A DNA stretch of 64,000 nt from Tubulanus polymorphus (lineage: Eukaryota; Animalia; Nemertea): assembly GCF_964204645.1 (NCBI RefSeq), contig NC_134032.1, forward strand, positions 1,484,416-1,548,415, read 5' to 3'. The position numbers and the translations under genes are program-made. Under the pieces are notes generated by a model. It saw only the letters and a program-made list of their open reading frames with translations, was not told the origin of the DNA and ran no database searches. Shown piece by piece: positions 29,256-44,293 of the stretch (its first letter is position 1; each line of letters opens with the position of its first letter).

Positions 29256-29330
29256 GTGCGGTTAGCTCAGTTGGTTGAGCGGAGGACTGGGAACCAAGCG
29301 GTCCCTAGTTCGAAACCACCTCCGGCGTTT
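29256..29330 (+). mobile_element. tRNA-derived SINE head or tRNA pseudogene
   Basis: A box TAGCTCAGTTGG and B box GTTCGAAACC at tRNA spacing, but the acceptor and anticodon stems do not pair. Confidence 0.6.
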
Positions 29331-30222
29331 GCTTTCAAGGCACGGGCAGGTTTCTAATCACCTGTTGAAACTCGCATTTTACTAAAGTTTTAACTCGCAT
29401 TTTAATACCCAACAAACGTAAATGAACTTTGTTTGGAAAAGGTTTTATTATGAATCTGTGTTTGATTATATCGTATTTTCTAAGAATTCGTGTACGATGC
29501 ACGTGACACCTGAATACGGGAGCAAAAAACTCTCCCTCTCGAGGTTGTGCAGCGCCGGAAATAGCGTCTCGATACAAAATGAGCTGTCTATCTCACCGAC
29601 AATTCAAGTTCCAGGTGAATATGTTTAAGATACAAACACCTTCAGTTGGTGATGCTACAAAATAAACTCGATTTAATGAATATGTATGAGAAAGTATTAG
29701 CAAATCTCGACTGAATACTTTTACACGTTAACGGCCGCTAGACGGCGCTCGCATCGGTGAAGGTCATTCTTTTTAAATGCAGTTCATCTTATATTCGTTC
29801 GTCGAGGATGCATCCCTACCTGGGTCAGACCCCAAATAGATCCACCGTTGAGCCCGAATTATTTAGATTATCTAAATACGGTCGAACAAGCCGGTTATCT
29901 AAGCATAATCAAACCCCGATTTAATTCAATCATCTAATATTGTATATAGTCAAAGAGTGACTGGTTTTCGTCTGAAATATTTCACGTTTTATTGGAATAT
30001 GAAGAATTTAAAAATGTCTCTCGATGCAGGGATTCTAATGAATTGTCGTTCATTCTATTCGTGAAATGACAAATTTGAACGAATTCGTGTCTTAATGAAA
30101 ATAAACGATTTCTGAAATTCCCCGAAGCGCTAAACATACGATCTATTACGAGACGACCTGAAACTGAATGAAAAAAAAATACTTGTGAGGAGTTCAAAAC
30201 CATAGATTAGATGAGACATTTG

Positions 30223-30677
30223 CCGCTATCACGCCGGACTGATTTGGTCCGGGTTGATCATTAGCCGCTATCACGCCGGACTGATTTGGTCCGGGTTGAT
30301 CATTAGCCGCTATCACGCCGGACTGATTTGGTCCGGGTTGATCATTAGCCGCTATCACGCCGGACTGATTTGGTCCGGGTTGATCATTAGCCGCTATCAC
30401 GCCGGACTGATTTGGTCCGGGTTGACCATTAGCCGCTATCACGCCGGACTGATTTGGTCCGGGTTGATCATTAGCCGCTATCACGCCGGACTTATTTGGT
30501 CCGGGTTGATCATTAGCCGCTATCACGCCGGACTTATTTGGTCCGGGTTGATCATTAGCCGCTATCACGCCGGACTGATTTGGTCCGGGTTGATCATTAG
30601 CCGCTATCACGCCGGACTGATTTGGTCCGGGTTGACCATTAGCCGCTATCACGCCGGACTGATTTGGTCCGGGTTGA
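30223..30677. repeat. 42-bp minisatellite GCCGCTATCACGCCGGACTGATTTGGTCCGGGTTGATCATTA, ~11 copies
   Basis: Direct reading; internal hairpin CCGGAC...GTCCGG. Confidence 0.95.
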
Positions 30678-30681
30678 ACTA

Positions 30682-30912
30682 GGTACGGGTACAGGTCCGG
30701 ATATTGGTACGAGTTCTGGTATTGGTACGGGTCCGGGTTGCACTGGGTATTGGTACAGGTCCGGGTATTGGTAAGGGTACGGGTATTGGTACGGGTCCGG
30801 TCGGAACTGGGTATTGGTAAGGGTACGGGTATTGGTAAGGGTACGGGTATTGGTACAGGTCCGGGTATTGGTAAGGGTACGGGTATTGGTACGGGTATCG
30901 TACCGTACCCGA
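30682..30912. repeat. Degenerate GGTACGGGTATT-type repeat abutting the 42-bp array
   Basis: Direct reading. Confidence 0.8.
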
Positions 30913-31581
30913 AACGTACCGTGCTTTGACAGCGATTGTTCGGGTCGTGTTGGGCACCAGTGTATATGTTAGGCCCGGGCTCTAATGGGCCAAATTCGGT
31001 GCGGGTCCACCACGGCCATAGTTGATAAAACGGTTGTTTATAGCGAGTTGACACTATATCCCGATGTTTAATGTTTATAGCCGTTTAGACTCTGCGCGCG
31101 CGTGAACAATGAACAATCATGCACAAACGACACAATTTATCATCATCGTTTGAAAAAAAAAACGAATGAAGCGAAATCGTGTTATTTTCAAAAGAGTGAT
31201 GAATGGTTTCAACGCGAATCTCCTGGGAATCCCAGGCGACTCGAATCGCCACTTCTGGCTGCTTGCGGCTTTTGAAAATCGTACCCGTATCGAAAACGCC
31301 AAAGCCGCCGCATCCACGCTGAAACGTGCGCCATTTGCAATTGTAATGTAATTCAATTTTCGTATTTGAAAATTGAATAAGGTTCATTTTGATGAATTTT
31401 GATATTCGGTCGTCTGTTGAGAGAACGACAGACGACATTTTACTGGCGGAGACTCGTTACTGTCGATTTGAATTCATTCTGTATTTAAGAGCACTTCACG
31501 TTGAATAACATCAAAACTGGTTTTCGATAGTAGAAAAAACCCTTCCTTATCCCTTTACCGCATTAGGAGACGATCACAGAC

Positions 31582-32165
31582 TCTTACTCGGTATTTGGCA
31601 CCAACTCCAACTGGCTACAAGTTTACCAATCGTAGCTTCACCGCTGAACGAGACAGAGTCGACATTTTATTTCTGAAACTCTTAATCAGTGTTTGACACC
31701 AACTCGGGGTAGAATTTTACCGGTCTCAACTTTACCGCAGTAAGAGACAGAATCTACTGTATTTCACAAACTCTTACTCAGTATTTGACACCAACTCGGG
31801 GTAGAATTTTACCGGTCTCAACTTTACCGCAGTAAGAGACAGAGTCTACTGTATTTCACAAACTCTTACTCAGTACTTGACACCAACTCGGGGTAGAATT
31901 TTACCCGTCTCTGACGCAGTCGGAGACAGACACAGCCAACCGCATTTCTGAAATTCTAATCAATATTTGAAACTAACTGGAGGTATAAATTTACTAGTCT
32001 TAATCTCACTGCAATAAGAAACAGAGTCTACCATATTTTTCAAACTCATTATTTGACTACAAATCCGGCTCGAATTTCACCAGGAATTTAAACCTTGAAC
32101 AAGAACAGATTCTATTCGAAACCCGTGATTTGGCACCAACTCGGGGTCGGATTTTACCGGAAATC
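31582..32165. repeat. ~92-bp degenerate tandem repeat, ~6 copies
   Basis: TTTGACACCAACTCGGGGTAGAATTTTACC recurs at ~92-bp spacing; the outer copies are more diverged. Confidence 0.85.
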
Positions 32166-33579
32166 TGAGCTAGCGCGCAATGTACAGGGTATTTCCCCAT
32201 GGTTTCACGATTTCTCAAACTATACCCGAAGCTCCTGTGATTGGAATACCGGGCTTATATAAGGTTAAAGTTTAATAACGATACGGATGATCTGGTATTC
32301 GTGAAGCGACTCGCAGCCTCAGACAGCAGCCGAATTTCCGCAGTACGGCGTTTCAATTTATTAGAAAGCCTGCTGTCTGTGTCGCGAACCTGATCGGGTA
32401 ATCTATTTCGCTTCACTCTCGAATTTTTGGTCGTCATACTAAACAAACATGTCGTCACCGAGCGCGGCCGATATTTGATCGATTGTATTTCGAAACGCTG
32501 TTTTTTCGATGTCTTGTTGTGACTGAGGAATCTAACAGTGAAGTTCGTTCGATCCCAGCAACTCGCGCGCGGATAGCGTGAACGAGGAAACGCAGTGAGG
32601 GGTGGAGGGGAGTGGTCGCAGTGTTGCTCACATAACGTTTTGCAACACGTGATGAATGGCCGCTACAGCCATCCCCTTATGACGTCACGGGAATTACACT
32701 AAAACTAAGCTTATTGGTTTGATACCATATTATTGAACAATCTATATCACAATTTACGTTAACAATTCTAAGTTCTTTCCCGTGATAAAGAGTTCTTATC
32801 GGCTAAAAGATAGTTTCATTGGATTGAACTTTCTGTGGTGCCTTACTTATCATAGTGCTGGGGTGGTTGCTCAAGGGTTACACCATGACTACTGGGGTAA
32901 CTTACTGCAAGGTTACTCCTAGACGACCATGGTAGTGATCAGTTAGTGATGCTACAGTTACTGATTCCGCGCTACGGGGGGAGGGGAGGGGGGGGGGGTC
33001 ATACCGTTAAACACCATGGTACGTGTCTCAGTTGCCATACGGCTGTTGTTACAATACCACGGTACAAAAGCCGGTGGTTTCTAGTTAGATTTGCCTTTAG
33101 AACGCACCCCGTTACTGTTCCTCGCTTACCAGAGGAGTAATAATACTAGATTACCGCAGCAGCGCGGCACGCGGGCTGGCTTTACGATCGCTTCGATCCG
33201 TTTTTTTGTGTGGTAAAACAAAACCCGGCGGCAACAGATGTCCGCGAGCCCCGTATAGAGAGCACCGCGTGTAGATAGAACAAAGCCCTTTGCGTGAAAT
33301 TTCACAAACAAAACAGAAATCAATTAAATCTCGTCAAAATGATTTTTCTATTACTAGCTAAATGATATAGAATTAAACACTCGACTGCCACAGTAGCCTA
33401 CTTGTCTGCCCCGCGCTCAGAGCGAACACTCGCTCACAAACAGCTGCAACATTTACAATAGATGATTACTGTAATTTATTCATAACGCGGGACGTATATT
33501 TTTTACCCGGTGAAAAGAAATCTTTAACTCAACACACGATTAGTAGCTATATATCTGAGAGGCTTTTTAACTTGACGAG

Positions 33580-34035
33580 CGGCACCGCGCGCTAACTCAT
33601 CCGCCGTTCACTCGGCACCGCGCGCTAACTCATCCGTCGTTCACTCCGCACCACGCGCTAACTCATCCGTTGTTCACTAGGCACCGCGCGCTAACTCATC
33701 CGTCGTTCACTCGGCACCGCGCGCTAACTCATCCGTCGTTCACTCGGCACCGCGCGCTGACTCATCCGTCGTTCACTCGGCACCGCGCGCTAACTCATCC
33801 GTCGTTCACTCGGCACCGCGCGCTAACTCATCCGTCGTTCACTCGTCACCGCGCGCTAACTCATCCGTCGTTCACTCGGCACCGCGCGCTAACTCATCCG
33901 TCGTTCACTCGGCACCACGCGCTAACTCATCCGTCGTTCACTCGGCACCGCGCGCTAACTCATCCGTCGTTCACTCGGCACCGCGCGCTAACTCATCCGT
34001 CGTTCACTCGGCACAGCGCGCTAACTCATCCGTCC
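33580..34035. repeat. 33-bp minisatellite ACTCATCCGTCGTTCACTCGGCACCGCGCGCTA, ~14 copies
   Basis: Direct reading. Confidence 0.95.
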
Positions 34036-34225
34036 TGAAGTCATCAGCGATGAGGGGTCGTTTTGCGATGGTTTCCTATTCCCTGGCTTCTATATAGATT
34101 CATCGCTGTCCTTTATTTACCAGTACATCATCTTAATAGCAATTTCATGAAGTTAATGAACAGATTCGTAGATCAGGTGTTAACCGGGTTTAGAATAAAT
34201 ACACCAAGACGAATAGTGATATATA

Positions 34226-34381
34226 GGTGTAACTAGTTTATTTGACGCACGAGCGGTTTACGGTAAAAATGTCACCGGAAGAAATGTCACCGGAAAACAT
34301 CCGCACAAGTTTCCGCTACTATAGTGTGAGTTAGGCTACTATGGTTGCGGAAACATGTACGTCAAATAAACTAGTAACACC
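34226..34381. mobile_element. Small MITE-like element with TIRs GGTGTAACTAGTTTATTTGACG / CGTCAAATAAACTAGTAACACC and TA flanks
   Basis: 22-bp inverted termini with one mismatch. Confidence 0.65.
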
Positions 34382-34407
34382 TAAAAAAATGAGAAGTTGG
34401 TCATTAC

Positions 34408-34632
34408 TAACTCATCATAATTTTACTGAATTGTTGAAGATATCGAGGATGCGGCGGCGGCGGCCATTTGCAACTAATCATAATTTTACTGAATCGTTGA
34501 AGATATCGAGGATGCGGCGGCGGCGGCCATTTGCAACTAATCATAATTTTACTGAATCGTCGTCCTTAGTCATCATTTTTCTGAATCGTCGAATTGGAGG
34601 CGGTCGTCATTAGTAACTAATCATAATTTTGC
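34408..34632. repeat. ~63-bp tandem duplication plus degenerate copies
   Basis: ATCATAATTTTACTGAAT...GCGGCGGCGGCGGCCATTTGCAACTA is repeated. Confidence 0.8.
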
Positions 34633-35362
34633 TCCGATTAAGCGAATACCCTTTTCGCGCGTTCATACATAGTATTCGGAACTATTCGGTGTTAAGATGG
34701 CGCAGTTAATGAACGAATATCGTATCGGTTTTACGATATTCGCAGCAGTTTGCTAGACTCCTCAATCTATCTATCTATCATTACGACGACCCCGCGGGGA
34801 AGACAGCAGCGACTCTCTCCTCCCCTCTCTCTCTCTCATCTCCCCTCTCTTTCATTTTCCGCGTTAAAAAGCGTTTATTTATTATTAAGTATGAGTTGAA
34901 GTTGACGAAGGAGGTTAATGGATTATATTTTCTCTCCGTAGACATTATGAATTGTGTCGTTATTTCTAATGCATTTCGAGCTGTGTGAATGAACACTTTG
35001 TGTCACCAGTTTCATACATCACACGCTCTACGCGGCCCCGCGCTCTACGAATAAATACATATCAAAATACCGAATCTATTTCTTATTCTCAAGTTTTTCT
35101 CGTCTAACGATTTTCATATTTTGGGAAAACATCGATAAAAAAGAAAGAAATAATTGAAAAATTACTCGATATCAGTCGGAATCGAGTGTGTCCGGAGCTC
35201 GACTGTTACGATCCCCGGTTCTACAGTTGAAATCAATTCATTTTCAATGTTTTAACCCAGAGTCAAATCTGAACTCAGAACTGTTGAACTGGATCCTGGA
35301 AATGAACTGATTTTAACTTATAGAGTTAACATTAACTCAGGAATGCGGAACTTCATTTTTGT

Positions 35363-35740
35363 GCACTCCCTGGACCCCGAGATGGAGCACTCCCTGGACC
35401 CCGGGATGGAACACTCCCTAGAACTCGGGATGGAGCACTCCCTAGAAGTTGGGATGGAGAACTCCCTAGAACCCGGGATGGAGCACTCCCTGAACCCCGG
35501 GATGGAAAACTCCCTAGAACCTGGGATGGAGCACTCCCTGGACCCCCGGGATGGAGAACTCCCTAGAACCCGGGATGGAGCACTCCCTAGACCCCCGGGA
35601 TGGAGCACTCCCTAGAACCCGGACTGGAGCACTCCCTGGACCCCCGGGATGGAGTACTCCCTGGACCCCGGGATGGAACGCTTCCTGGACCCGGGATGGA
35701 GCACTCCTTGGACCCCGGGATGGAGCACTCCCTGGACCTC
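35363..35740. repeat. ~24-bp minisatellite GGGATGGAGCACTCCCTRGAMCCC, ~15 copies
   Basis: Direct reading; internal GGAG-CA-CTCC dyad. Confidence 0.9.
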
Positions 35741-38406
35741 CGACTAAAACACCGCTTGCACTTGTGACAGTTCCAGCTTCATAAACGTCGTATGTTTGAG
35801 CTGACTACGGCCCTGAAAGCCTCTGTTAATTGAGATCCACCCCATCTTTACCAATGGTACATTCTACCGCGTTGTCGCGGCGACTTAGAGTCTTCACTCT
35901 CCGGGAACTCTGACAGTGCGCGCGCGCGTGTGTGCGTCGCGTTACTGGTGCGTCTTCTAGCTGTCGACACCAGCAGCAGTCGTACGAGTAACCTCAGCGC
36001 GATCACCTCGGGATCACTCTCTTCGGCGCGATCACCTCGTGATCACTCTCTTCAGCTGTCCGCAGACTGTCGGATTATACCGGACTCTCCAACACGTGCG
36101 CCGCGCGTGATTGCTCCATTCAATCAAACTTTACAAATCGCGATCGCTTCAAAAATATTCGGTTACCTTTTTTTTTCGTATCGGGACTATCTTCGTATCG
36201 GAATCGACAGTGACGGGGTGGTGGTGATGGTGGCGGTAATTCGGTCGGCTGAACACCGACTGCGGCAGGCGAGGTCACCGGCGTAACGATAAACGCATCT
36301 GCCTTTTGTTTTACACGCAGATATTATTATCTATATATATATATATAAATATATATATCTATATATACGCGTATATATTAATATGTTCTGTCGATTATTA
36401 CGCGGAGCATGTGTTGTCGTTGCTGCCTCCAAATGAAAATTAATGGGCCCCAATCAGTCAGTCATCGTCAGTAGAGGCCAGCGCGCTAAGTACTATACCA
36501 CAGTTCAACAGCTCAGAATTAAAAACAGTTTCGTTCGACTAAAACTAGTCGTTTTAACGTTGCCGGGATTATCGCGTTTATTTCTTCTCTTCGAAATTAA
36601 CTTCATTCGCGATCGAGGAAATTTTAGGATTTTATTTTTGTCGTCTGGGAAACTATGAAAATTAGTCACACGTAAGTAGAGACTATAATTATATATTATA
36701 TGTTTTTAAATCGAGATATCCTACTGCGGTACAATCACCGAGGTCTAATTTTTGAAAAAAAAAACAATATCATTTGCGATCGGGTTCTGTCAAACCTGAC
36801 CGTCCAATGGGACCTATATTCCCCGGTTACGAACTAACTACGTCTGCGGGTCTTTTGCCCTGGTACTGTAAATCAACTTTGTCTCGTCCTGAGTTTTTTG
36901 CCGATAACTGGAAACCCTTTTCTCTATTTTATCATTTTCATTCTTCTATTTTGCGCGCGTTCTATCATCAAGATATATATATATTATCTTCAAAATGTGA
37001 TCTTGCTGTTTATCAATTTATTTCACGATAAAAAATCAAATTTTCCCATTAAAGCAAGAATTTCATGTATAAATTGATAATATTTAGAAAAATCTGAATA
37101 ATTCTATAAGGCGAGCGCGCGTTAAAAAGCTGAGTATTCATTAAACCATGGACAGCAAAAAGTTTGGTTTTATCAACGTTTGACCCGACCCATGTCGAGC
37201 GCCAACACAATTCACAATTCGGGAATAATTAGTCAACGTTTTTAGATTTAACTGATCGACTGTTTGTGGGTAGGCCATGAAGAAACTACGAGAGGGTAGT
37301 GACGTTTCGACTCAATGCTGGGCCATTTTGAAAATTTTGAAAAGCGGCGCATATAAAAACAAGATCTTCTCTTAAGTTTTTCTTTGTGTTTTCTTCGATT
37401 ATGATTATGTAGTAAATTGAAACCAACCGTTCTAGGCAGCAGGCTTAGTTCTAGAATGCGGCTGAATAAAAACGATGTGATACATCGTTACCTTCCTCGT
37501 AACACTTGAAGGCCCAAGTTTCAGCGATATTTGGACTCGTTGAAAATGCAGACTTTGTTGTTAAGAAGGGACTTATTAAACAATCGAAAATAAAATATAC
37601 AAATCGCTTAATATTCTAAACAACGAATAACTTAACGCTCAATGTGGTGCTTGGCATCGCAAACCGCTGTCAACACATTCAGATCATGTAGATTTACACA
37701 TCGATTACTATATCGAATTGCCTCACTTAATCGCCGTTGAAGTTCATTATTAAAAAGACGTGGAAATTCATTAAATAGAGGATTAAAAAATCGTGAAATT
37801 TCGTGAAATACAAAATAAATATACGAAATTGTAATTACTATCTTGAATGGAATGTGCAAATATTGATGACGTAGTGCGCATGCACTCGCAGACAACATTT
37901 CGAATAAGGCGTTATTGTAGTTTATGTGTGGAACGGTTTTTACGGCGTCGAAAAGCGTCGCATCGGTTCAATGCATGAAACGTGATGTATAATGCGCGCA
38001 TATCGTTTATAGAGGATTCCTATAAACGGTTCGATTTCAATCGCGAGACACGTTCAAAACATCTGCAGCGCCCTGCCTCCCTCGCTCCCCTCTCGCGCCC
38101 TCTCTCCCTCCGCCCTCCGTATACGCCCTCGTCGAGCTGATATGATTTATACGTGAAATATATCAGGTTCAATTCGTTTATATACACGCGCGTTGTATGT
38201 CTGATATTCACCGCGACTTTCGAGCCGGGTCTGCGAAAACTCAAGTTCAGGATGCAAAAATCAGGCGCTTGGAAAAACTCGCTCAGCCAATTACAGTGTG
38301 TTCTGCTCGTCGTGTCACATCGGTTTTTTTATATTATATATTTTCTATATGAACAACTCACTGTACTGTGCAATTTGTTTTGTTGTAAATTTAGCTAAAA
38401 AGTCTA

Positions 38407-38755
38407 GGATCCAGTTTCACAGTTGTTGTGAGTTAGAGTTAACTCTCAACTCGGGATCCAGTTCCACAGTTGTGAGTTAGAGTTAACTCTGAACTCGGGA
38501 TCCAGTTCCACAGTTGTGAGTTAGAGTTAACTCTGAACTCGGGATCCAGTTCCACAGTTGTGAGTTAGAGTTAACTCTGAACTCAGGATCCAGTTCCACG
38601 GTTGTGAGTTAGAGCTAACTCTGAACTCGGGATCCAGTTCCACAGTTGTGTGTTAGAGTTAACTCGTGAGTTAAAATTAGTTCATTTTCAATGTTAGTTC
38701 ATGTCAGTTAGTTCAAAGTTAGTTCATTTCGACTCACAACTGTGGAACTGGACCT
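38407..38755 (+). mobile_element. MITE family A copy whose left terminus is amplified into a 44-bp tandem array (~6 copies)
   Basis: Unit GGATCCAGTTCCACAGTTGTGAGTTAGAGTTAACTCTGAACTCG, followed by the element body and the right TIR. Confidence 0.85.
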
Positions 38756-39284
38756 GGGTGTTTAGATATGTTCTACAGCCCTGAACGAAAAAATACAATA
38801 AAAGCATTTTCACCGAATCGTTCGGTTGGAAATACAGATATTTGTCGTGGTTTGATGGCAAATTTCTGTGAAGAATTGGAAATCTTAGCCGCAAAACTGG
38901 AATAGACATCCCCTGGGCCTGGAATAGAAACCCCCCTAAAGTTAGTCGGTGATTAGATGTTTACTTGTCGACAATTCAGTCTTCTACATCTACGTATGAT
39001 GATGAATGATATATTTTGCATAATCGACTGATTTTAATTTATACAAATTATGTTAAATATTTGGAATATTGATTGCACCCGTTTATTCCATTCGAAAGAA
39101 CTGATGAGAGTTGACTATAGCGCTAACTACTGCGAATACGATGGCTTATCGATCATGATTTAAGTACATATCGATCTCATACTTATCAATACAATACGAT
39201 ATTGTCTAGTAAATGATTATCAATGGAATCAAATTGTAAATCCCTATTATAGATGATTATATATTATATGGAATACGACCATTG

Positions 39285-39383
39285 TGACATCAGTTCTGAA
39301 TCTTGAGTCGAAAATGACAACTCTTCAATTATTTGACATCGGTTCTGAATCTTGAGTCGAAAATGACAACTCTTCAATTATTT
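39285..39383. repeat. 49-bp tandem duplication
   Basis: TGACATCRGTTCTGAATCTTGAGTCGAAAATGACAACTCTTCAATTATT occurs twice. Confidence 0.85.
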
Positions 39384-40930
39384 CAGCATCAAATTTGTTT
39401 TACGCACAACTGGTTTACAGTGTAGAGGATATTGTACCGTGTGAAGTGAGTTACTGAGTTCACGGCGATCCCGGCACGCTCTCTCTCTCTCGCGTCCATC
39501 TATGAATATTTTATCCGCAGTGTCAAATATTGCCCTCTTCATCGACAGACACTTCTCACCTCTTCACCCGATATAACTTTGCTGTTATTTGCATTTTTAT
39601 CAGTTAAAAATGAAAATATCGATGCGTTGTTTCCGCAAAAACGCTGACTATTGACCCCCGGGACTGTATGTACATTACACTATATTAATATAACATTGGA
39701 ATTTGGGGCTACGTGACCCCCACATTTCAGCAAACAACTCCATTAGTGCAGCCGTACCCCCATTAATATCATACAACCTTTCAGCTACTGACCCCGGTAC
39801 CACGGGCAAAGTCGAACAACCTTTCAGCGACTGACCCCCCAGTAACCGAGCTAATTAGAAAGAACCTCTGATCTCGGAATCAATTTGCAAACGATGGACC
39901 ATGAGCGTCCATTCTATAATTATCAAGGTCAATAGGAAACAGAGTCGTTAATATTTATTGAAGAATTTGATAATAGTCACTGAGGTCGCGTTGACGTGGC
40001 GCGACACTACAAAACACTATATTCAGCATCCCACTTATAGAAAGATTGATAGATTGTCATCAGCGTGGTGGAGTAGGTGGAATCTGTGGATTCGGTGGAA
40101 TCTGTGGTATAATCATTAAAGTTCAAGCGGCTGTTTAGCTGCACAAATACGAGATACAAGTGGATTCATACATTAATGATTATATTTGTATGATTGGAAT
40201 GATTCGTGTGATCGTCGTTAACTGGGTCAATAGCTACTGGCGATAATATGCTTAACTATGGTCATTAGATACCGTGGGTCATTCTGCTGGCAGGCTAAAT
40301 TCCATAGATACAGGGGTCACTTGTCGGGAGACGTGTAGGTTCAGCGATCGGTTACTGATTGGCTACGAACCGATTCGATGAAAATATATCTGAATTCGAC
40401 TTTTATTTTGTACTTCCCGGACGTGTCGTGGTGGGTGTTTTAGGTGACGCCATCAATCAAAAACAGGGACATCATCCCGATTTCAAGATCAAAATGTACC
40501 ACACTGAAAAATGGTTGTTCTGTACGATAAGTCACAGAGATGTTATGCGCACTCATCGGGTGTCGAACCCCAGTCTTGCGCGTGTAGAGCGAGCATGCTA
40601 ATCACCAGGGCTGGGTTTCGTGGAAGAAAAATAGTCCCTGAGAATATTTTGAAATTCGTCAGTTATAACAATGGTTTCTCGTTGTTACTACGCTGGTTGT
40701 CACCCAAATTGAGGATTTACCCCTAGGGATAGCTTTGATACTGAGTCTGTGAAACCGGGCCCTGACCTATAGGCCAGAACTAGTCCCTTAATTTACAGGT
40801 TGTTCTATATGCGGCACAACTGTGAAATGATGTTGCAGCTGTAGCGTCGTCTATAGAATATCGCGCGATAGAAGTTGCTGGTCAAGTTTTATGGCGCAAG
40901 TCGCATGATCCAGCTCGACCACAGAGCATG

Positions 40931-40962
<32 letters not shown>

Positions 40963-43900
40963 GTTGTTAAGAACTTATTTCTACTTCAGCGTGTTCAGAC
41001 ATACAGTACACTGCAGTGTAGTGGTACGCGTCACTTGGAATACAAAATATGACTTAATGATCACCGCATGTTTGACAGACTGTTGCGTCAAATGTCCATT
41101 TATGTTATCGGATTGTCGTCTGCACGAGTATCCGTCTGCTGGTCTGCTGTGATGTGATGCAGCCATTGATCAGTAGTGTATACAATCAGCTCGACCTTCA
41201 GAGCAATGGAAATCGTTGGATCTCTCCACCAGAATATCTACTCGCAATATTTCCTCACCCGGTTTATTTTTTTTTTGCTCGCCCATATAAATTCTAAGAA
41301 ACAAACTGAGGACTGATGAACCGTCGAGGCCTGGGAACTCCATCTACTTCTCTTTGTCGATGGGAGACTGAGTCTATCCTGACTGCTTACCTCAATGGGT
41401 AACAATGTCTAACTAGACCATGGACTCAAGACTTTAGCCAAACCTTAACGGTCCATTTCTCAGTGGTTCACGGATCCCTATCATCGACTGCTGTCTGTAA
41501 GTGATTAACAGGCACCCTTCAAAACAATACCGTGAAACTCTGTAAATTTCGACACAAGTATATATAAATTATCGATAATATTCAGTTCGCGCTTTGATCT
41601 TAGAGAATTTTTCCGATATAAGAACTCGACTCGTATTAGCAGGCGATGTAAAGGAATGGTTTGTGGTGACCGATAGCCGCAGGGTGATCTCGTGTTCATG
41701 TGTATATATACCAATACGGCGGCGGTCAATTAACTATCGACATCAAACTACTGGAAAATGATTTCATTATTTATTTACATCTGTACAACTCTTACTATGC
41801 TGCGGTACTGGTCTCTTCGTCCGACGCCTCTTCACGATATTGCTTCTTCGGTATTGCTATAAGAAATGACCAAGTTCCAATGTTGGTGAACTTCGGAGCC
41901 GAAACAGTCGATCCATCTTTAGAAATTCGGAGTGTGGAACCAACGGGCCGAGAGTCTAATGTCTATTTCAACTTGACTTCAGAACACGCGGCCTAGCTCA
42001 GTCAGTTTTGGTGATACATACCTGAAACAGGTTTTAGAATAGACTGGCAGTTGAACAAAAACATTGATTTTCAATCGATTTTATACTGTATTGAAGGATA
42101 TCCACTGAGTCTTTATTGAAAGGGGTTAAACAGAGAAAAGTGACTCCATGATTTGAATGTTTAACAATGTGTTTTCATACCTATATACCATCATTTTTGT
42201 TGATTTGAAAAACTTGATGTTTCAGTTCAACCGCCAGTGAATTCTGGTCCTTAAAAGACCTATATTGGGTATATACCATCAAAACCGACCGAACTAAGTC
42301 ACAGTCACGTGATATCCTTTCAAGTCAAATAGACATTAGGGTCGATTTGAAACCATAACTGTGGAACTGGATCCAGACGCTTTATGTTTGGATGTTGATT
42401 TTTCATCATGTTTATGTATCAATGTTAATGGGAAAGTTGTGAAATAGTTTGACCACGATAAACTACATGAATGCAGCAGTAGCAGCAGCAGCAGCAGCAG
42501 CAGCAGCCTGTATAATTATTGTCGAGTCACGCAGCGCACGATCCAGGGCGAAGATAGCAGACAAAATACATCTAAATTATCACAAATACAATGATAACTA
42601 TTATTGATGTTTCAGATGGGTTTATTATTGCTGGTTTGTGTACATATGTATGTCGCGGACTGTTTCGCGTTGTTATCGCAAAAACCACGTTATATCATCG
42701 TTTATTATTTTCACCGGTATCAGATCGTCTGCCGGTATCAGATCGTCTGCTCATATCGTTACTGCGCGCGCGCGCGTGTTCAATAATTGATTGATCGGCA
42801 CACACTGACACGTGACATAATACACGAACTACTCCACGACCGTTGTTTGGCAACAAGAGAAATCTGTTTGTTTCTAGGCGTCGTATTTCCGGTTTTGTTC
42901 AATCGACGAATTTGTTCTCTAAGACTCTTAACCATTCAGCTGTTTGTACAGCAACATTTCGCTTTGTAGAATTAGATCACGTTTTGTAAAAATGGCTTCC
43001 TCGGTCGGTGTTGTCACACCCCTATGACGTCACGAATTATCAAATCGAATGAAATTTCACCTCTCGATTTCGGCCTTGTTTTTAAAAAACACATATCAAA
43101 CATTGATGAATTAGATTCCAAGAAGATGTAATTGTCTTCTTAGAATCCCCCATATGACGTCACAACATCTCCCAAGCGTAACCCTTATCAGTAAGACTGA
43201 GAAGTAAGCTATCATCAATGAGTAATAGGTCACAGATTATCAAGAGCGCGACGACGGAGGTAGAAATTGTGTTTTTGTTTCTATCACTAATTACTTCTAA
43301 TCAACGTGTGACGGATGTTTAATTATTTGCGTAGTAATTAATACGGGCAATTACCGGAAAATCATCAGCGTGATTAATTATTGTCTTTAATGAGATGTGA
43401 AAATAATTAGAATGAACTTAAACTGATTGATCTCAGGTTTATATCAGGATACAGGATACAAGGACAGATGAGAGGTGTCCCGTCACTCGAAATAAGAGTG
43501 ATTGTCATCCCTGCATCAAACAATGCGATATTACGCCTTATCCCTGGTGACAATCGCTAATGCCAACAATCGTATCAGTAATCTCTACTAGGCTTACAAA
43601 TCCCAAATCGTGCGCTGAACCCATAACCTTAGTTTGAGCTGAGATCGTTTTGAATGATTACTCCGAGCTTTGAAGGACGGAATGATAACTGGTGCTTTTT
43701 TACGGTCAGGTTATTTGCATATCGCGCACCTGTTCGAAAAACGTCACGCAATTTGCATATCACGCAATCACGCTTTGAGCTCAGTGTTAGCTGAGCTCTT
43801 TTTGCGGCCACTAAACTTCATTTTCAATCGTATTTTAGCTCGGTGGGTTTGACCAGCATTCTGTGTGGATATTTGCATTGACTGTATTCATTCTAATTCC

Positions 43901-44293
43901 CCGAATGTCTTCATATGAATATCCAGTATAGTCTTAGGTTTAGTAAACGCGCACGTTATTGAATTATAATTGGTAAACAAGGTGCGTGGTAGGCTGGCTG
44001 TTTGTGAATATACATTCACCGCTGAGAGCTACCGTTAAGATAAATAATTATTGTTTGCGGGGTTTTGATGGTATTTCGATTCGGAATCTAGAACCAGGGA
44101 TAAATAGACGATTCAATAACGGTTTATACTCTCTGAAATTTCCACCAGACACCCAGACAGTTAGCGGTATGTATCTTAGAATCCATCTGACTTTTGGCAA
44201 GTTGTACAGTTTGAATTTGACTCACGAGTGATATATAGATAAAGTTATCACTAAAACTCACGGTTTTGAGATGGATTGAACGTATGGCTTCAG

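Noticed and set aside
29256-29330. Possible tRNA gene (also 57374-57446 on the minus strand)
   Set aside because: A and B boxes are present but the cloverleaf stems do not pair; treated as SINE heads or pseudogenes.
37295-37335. Second hammerhead-like motif on the minus strand (...GAGTCGAAACGTCAC)
   Set aside because: The CUGANGA box is degenerate (TTCAAAA) and stem II is imperfect; at most a dead remnant.
41790-41965. Minus-strand reading frame containing LRISKDG, similar to LGIC loop E, followed by AATAAA
   Set aside because: No other channel motifs nearby; likely coincidence or an unidentifiable decayed fragment.
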